From Macrostomum lignano (lineage: Eukaryota), in NCBI GenBank assembly GCA_002269645.1, contig NIVC01002369.1, forward strand, positions 62,001-126,000: a DNA stretch of 64,000 nt, in the 5' to 3' direction. Shown here in pieces: positions 59,161 through 64,000 of this stretch. Below the pieces are notes generated by a model. It saw only the letters and a list, made by a program, of their open reading frames with translations, had not been told where the DNA came from and did no database searches. Each line of letters begins with the position of its first letter. The first letter of the stretch is position 1. The translations under genes and the position numbers were made by a program.

Positions 59161-62100
59161 GAATTATGTTTGATAATTATACTAATCTATATATATTAGC
59201 AAAATTTTAATTGCATTGTTCTAATAAAAAATAATAGTTAGAAATCTATAAAAAAGCATTACTTTTTGTTCCTCTATCCTCAATTTTAGCAGCCAAAAGT
59301 TTTAAAATGTAAGAACTATTTCAGCTTTTAGGTAGCTTCATTTTAAATAGATATTTTTCATACATATTTGAAATAAACAACTAAAATGGTTCACCGTTTT
59401 ATAGTCACTCAAAATCCTGCTTATCAATGAAAGTTCCTTTCGAGGCATTTAGAATTCAGTATTGAATCATTATAAATCAATAAATAACTTTAAATCATTA
59501 AATCACAAAAATAACCTGTTTGCATGCACTTGCATTTGCACTTTGAGCTCCCATCGTTTGATTTTTATCATCAGTAGTATTTTGTCCTTGTTATTTTCAT
59601 AAAATATTTTTAATTGTGATTAGTGACTTCTAGCTTTATCATGTCAGATAAAAAGCAATGTATAAGCTGTTGGGCATGTAGAAGCCATCAAAAGCGATCA
59701 TAATTTTCTTGAATAATATAGGTATATATGTCTGGAACAAGTAGAAAGTTTAAAAAGTACTAACTGTAAAGTTGTAAAACTGCCAAAGTTGGTAGAAGAA
59801 ACACAAAAGCTAATAAAAAATGTGCTTCACAAAAATAGTGCAGTACCATCGAAAAATATGACTAATTTTATTTTCACTGTCCTTGCAGTTATTTCAGGTT
59901 GCACATGGAGCACCAATTAAACAAATGGTTTGTAGTTCGCTTTGCTCAGAATGCGATGCAAGCCGTCAATGAACAGGACTTGTGCGTCATTACTGCAGCG
60001 AGCAAAGAAGAGGCTCCTCTACGTCTATGCTACGGGAGGAAAGTACATGTAGCCGTAGCTGGACGCTCCTCGAGCAGTTTACAACCCGGGACTCTGATGG
60101 TCCCTGCTTTGCCTACCTTTGCGCTGATCAGGAACTGCCTCCCAATCATGGAATAGAGACGGTGAGAATGATATGCTGGACAGCGCCTGGCACTTATTTG
60201 TTACAGTAGGCGGCTAGCTTGCAAAACTATAGATGAGAAAATGTGGTATTAGCGGTACAGTATTTGTGTTATGTTTTGTTTTATGAATTTCCCTAACTTT
60301 TTAGGGGCACCGAAAATCGGCAACGTGCGACTGGAGCAGATGAACAAAAAGCTCGATAAGTTGATCGAATTGTGCAGGGCGCCCAGAGTCACGGTGGTAG
60401 GACGGTTGGACAGGCTTACACAAGAAAACACGCCTGAGGCTGAACCACAGGACAGGTTGATGGAGGAGCAAAATGGCATCGCGACTGGACAGGACGGCGA
60501 TGAGGCGGCATGTAACATGTAATCTGGTTGAGGAGCTCCCGGCCGTAACAATAAACAAACGGTGACTCGACATCGCCATTCAGGCTAATGCTGCTGCGCT
60601 CGATGCTACGGCAGCCACCAAGCCTGTTACTAAGGAGCTGCTACAGCTAATCGAACTAATAGGTATGGAGCCTTATCACTTTCTACGAAAAAGGCATTTT
60701 CCAGATTTTTTCAAACTTTATTCACAATGTCTGTCACTTCCTTGCAAATATAAAGAAATGATTATCATAATTTGAAGTTTTAGGTTTTGCAATTTTATAA
60801 TAATAAAAGCGCACTAAAGGTTCGCCATTTATAAAAGTTAAAGTTCAACGGCACATTTATATTTGCTGTTTATTATCATATTTCAGGTCGTGATGCTCTT
60901 ACATGCGACTCCGGGTCCTATATGCAAGGACTACTTAAGTAGAAGGACGCAAGACTCAGAATTGGTGAAAATTTCATTGGAGGCCGATTTTTCAATGTAT
61001 CTCCTGTGTACGCTATTGATCGACAATCCTCCGCACCAGTACTGAGGCCCAGCTTGAAATGGCGAAGACGCTAGCTGTCCGCGGCGACTTACTCGACGAG
61101 CTGCTCGCCCCCTAGAAGCTAAGTGTGTCAGCTAACTGCATTCATTTACAAAAAATCTTATAACATAAAAATTTGGATATAATTGCGATTCCCAAAAAAC
61201 ACAGCTTTTTATTGCTTATTTTCTTCAGTTTCTACTTATAGACATATCGTGAATACATTCACGCATTCGCTCTTTCCCACGCGCATCTCCACTGCTCACT
61301 GTTCATTTTTCTTACATTATGGTTAAAATTAAATAAAGAAATAATCGAGATTGGAGACTGTGTAAAAATTAAGAAAAAATTCTACGTTTTTGTCATTAAA
61401 CAGACTCGTATCCGTGATAAGAGTTATGTACTTTTGTTAAATTTAATAGTGTGAGAGCTAGCGTTGCTACGGTGAGCAAAATACGGCTGAGATTCGGCGT
61501 CAGGGCTTCTAAATATGAAATTCCTGATTTACTACTGCAAAAAACTTTGCGCACTACTAACCGCAGTAGATAAATTCGGACATAACTCCTAAATTTTCGC
61601 GACGCTCATTAAATTAAACAATTCTTCTGTCTTCCTACTTTAACTAGGAACGTCTTCCAACTTACCTGATTGGCTGCAGCTAACATGGAAGAATAAGTGA
61701 TTTTAAACTAGCGAATATGGATTCCATTTTCTATGCGGGAACCGTGAGTCAGCATTTTTTAAAAACACTAATTTGACGTAGCATTCTGATGCACTATAAC
61801 AAACTGAGTGAAGATAAATTAGAATAGACACTCCTTTTATTAGAGTTAAAAGTTTAACCTCCTTAATTTTTTTTACAATGAATTTATCATAAACTTACCT
61901 TTGAGAGCCATGATTCTAAAAAAGTTTAATTTTCAAACATACAATTCTCCGAAACTACTTGCATCAAATTATCATTAATTACATTGGGGATTAACAAATT
62001 GAGCTCCTGTTAACTCTGACGGTATTTTTTTGCAGTTTTCTTTGCTTTATTATCACTTTGGACAGCCTCTAAGACTCAGGCAAAAGTTTTAGAAAAATCG

Positions 62101-63099
62101 GAAAATCGGAAGTATTTTACGTACCTAAAGTTCAAGAAGTCCGAATGTACTTAAATGCCTAATTAATCTCTTTGTTTATCAGTGGCGTAGCCAGGAATTT
62201 CAATCAAGGACCACTGTAGTAGAAGGACTCGGCACTAACGAAACACGGAAAAAATTTTGAAGGCTGAAATTTCGCACGCTTTGTGTCTGACTAGGGCTAG
62301 GCCTATACTTGCTCGCCATTTGTGTGCAAATTGCAACCACATTTTTTTAATTCTCTGCTAGCTAGGCCTACTCGAATTCTTAACTAAGCCAATAATATAT
62401 GGCCATATTCAAACTTTGTATGCTTTTTGAGGGTTTAATTATGTTTCACACGCATAGCATTGTAGTAAGGTGCTTCGATTTGTCAGAATTTTTGGCTGGC
62501 TGTGTTAGCCAGATATGAACTTACTGTTACTTATACTACTCCACTAATTGACCCAGATCACTAAGAAGAAAGCTATTTTGCTTTTATAATAGAACTTGTA
62601 TTTCTTCCTTTGATTACTTATTGGAATTAATGGTTGAATTTGCTTTGATTGTAGTGATTGCAATGCATTGCATTTAGTAGTTTGTATGTAGGCCTATTCA
62701 ATAAATCAACTGAGTTGATACCTAATCATTTATGTAGAGCAAATATAAGTCCTCTGCTACCTTTACAAGTAATTTAATAGCTATTATAGTATACAGTTAT
62801 CATATTCAAGCTACATTGCCTATAGGCCTAGGCTATATTCATAATTTAAGTTTACTTATTTTTACATTTAAAAAGTTTTTTTAATTTGAGTTTAAATCAT
62901 TATAATATAATGACAATGTATTCATATCAGGCCTATATTAAATTAATGGAATAGATAAAACTATTATAAACAAAATTGAATGCAGGTATATGTTAGCAGG
63001 TTAAATAATTTTATTTAGATTTGAAATAACTTTATACATAGGCGGGGTAGGCCCTAATTTTATTTATTACTTTACTTTTCTAAACATATGTTGTAGGCG

Positions 63100-63655
63100 T
63101 GGTTGCTCTCACTGAAATTATCCCACCACCTGGCTACCAAAGTTGTTGTAGGGGTTACTTCTGTCCTCCAACTATCCCACTAAATGCCACCAAGTTGTAA
63201 CAGTGGTTATTGTTCTTTCTATTTAAATCTCTACTGCTGACACCAAAGTTGTTATAGGGCTAACTTCCTACACTAATCTTTAATTGTTCTTGTTAAGTTG
63301 GTAGCTGCCACCAGGATTATTCCATTAATAAATTATAAGTTTATCAATATTAGAATAATCCGACAAATTTTTCTTAGAATGGGTCTGAGTATTTAGTCTG
63401 TGTATTTAGTCTGAGTATTTAGTCTGTGTATTTAGTCTGAGTATTTAGTCTGAGTATTTAGTCTGAGTATTAGTCTTAGAAAACTGTTAGCCCTTAAAGA
63501 TTTTACTCCTCTGTTATTCTGGTAGCGTTTATTCTGATTCTGGTAATGTTTACTGTACTTTTGGCCTAAGTGGTCTATTGGCTATACTGGTATATGTATT
63601 CCATGTACTGTGCAAGTCCTTGGGCATTACCAAGATCAGAGGGTCACAGCCTCCA
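63100..63655 (-). repeat. Second, inverted, diverged copy of the 1170-1620 repeat; includes an expanded (AGTATTTAGTCTG)n tract at 63382-63476
   Basis: Reverse complement shares the same blocks in the same order as 1170-1620. Confidence 0.6.
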
Positions 63656-64000
63656 GTTATCTTACATGTATTACTTCAGATCTACTTTGCAACTTCTTAC
63701 TACTCAACACTTTCCTTCTCAGTAGTATGTACTGTATATGCTTCAGTCTATTTCACTCTTATTTCTACAAATGAATAACTCAGAAAATGGCTTCTCTTAT
63801 ATTTATTTTGAAAAACACTCCTTTCTTATTATTCTCACTTCTTTTGTAGGAACTGCACGAAGGCAAGATGCTCTCCTCTTGGCTCAGATTGCGTCTATTT
63901 ATACTAAAATTTGCTACAGTTTTAAACAAAAATTCATTAGCGCAAAATATTATAGAAAATACGAGTAGTAAAACAAAATATGTTTCTTAGTTTTTGGCAT

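Noticed and set aside
62180-62200. DNA transposon starting CAGTGGCGTAGCCAGG
   Set aside because: TIR-like start, but no matching inverted end was found in the window.
1170-63655. Inverted repeats at both window ends as TIRs of one giant (~62 kb) transposon
   Set aside because: The two copies are clearly diverged, with indels and a private microsatellite expansion. The interior is ordinary host genes with no transposase or polB. Two independent insertions are more parsimonious.

Overview
Eukaryotic, intron-rich animal DNA. The minisatellite-stuffed introns, acceptor sites just ahead of start codons and expanded ankyrin-TRP gene suggest a Macrostomum-like flatworm, but that is inference. Supported genes: METTL13 (+, 3 exons, 5820-8101); four tandem U18/SNORD18-type box C/D snoRNAs (8339-8764); RPL21 (+, 8858-9704, with three compensating 1-nt deletions); a C14orf93-like gene (+, 10306-14976); PLK4 (-, 8 exons, 40796-33028); a disrupted ankyrin-repeat TRP channel (+, 47587-53451); and a Gypsy RNaseH-integrase fragment (-, 57391-59160). 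There are also MITEs and about 25 tandem-repeat arrays, which explain most long ORFs in the supplied track. Headline: the C14orf93-like gene holds seven paralogous short exons (11921-14169), all starting in phase 1 and ending in phase 0. Each encodes a different version of one basic helix. Each is preceded by a short 'selector' complementary to a single 'docking' sequence at 11666-11685. This looks like a Dscam-exon-6-style, RNA-pairing-driven mutually exclusive splicing cassette in a putative nucleic-acid-binding protein. All coordinates were hand-counted; no searches were run.
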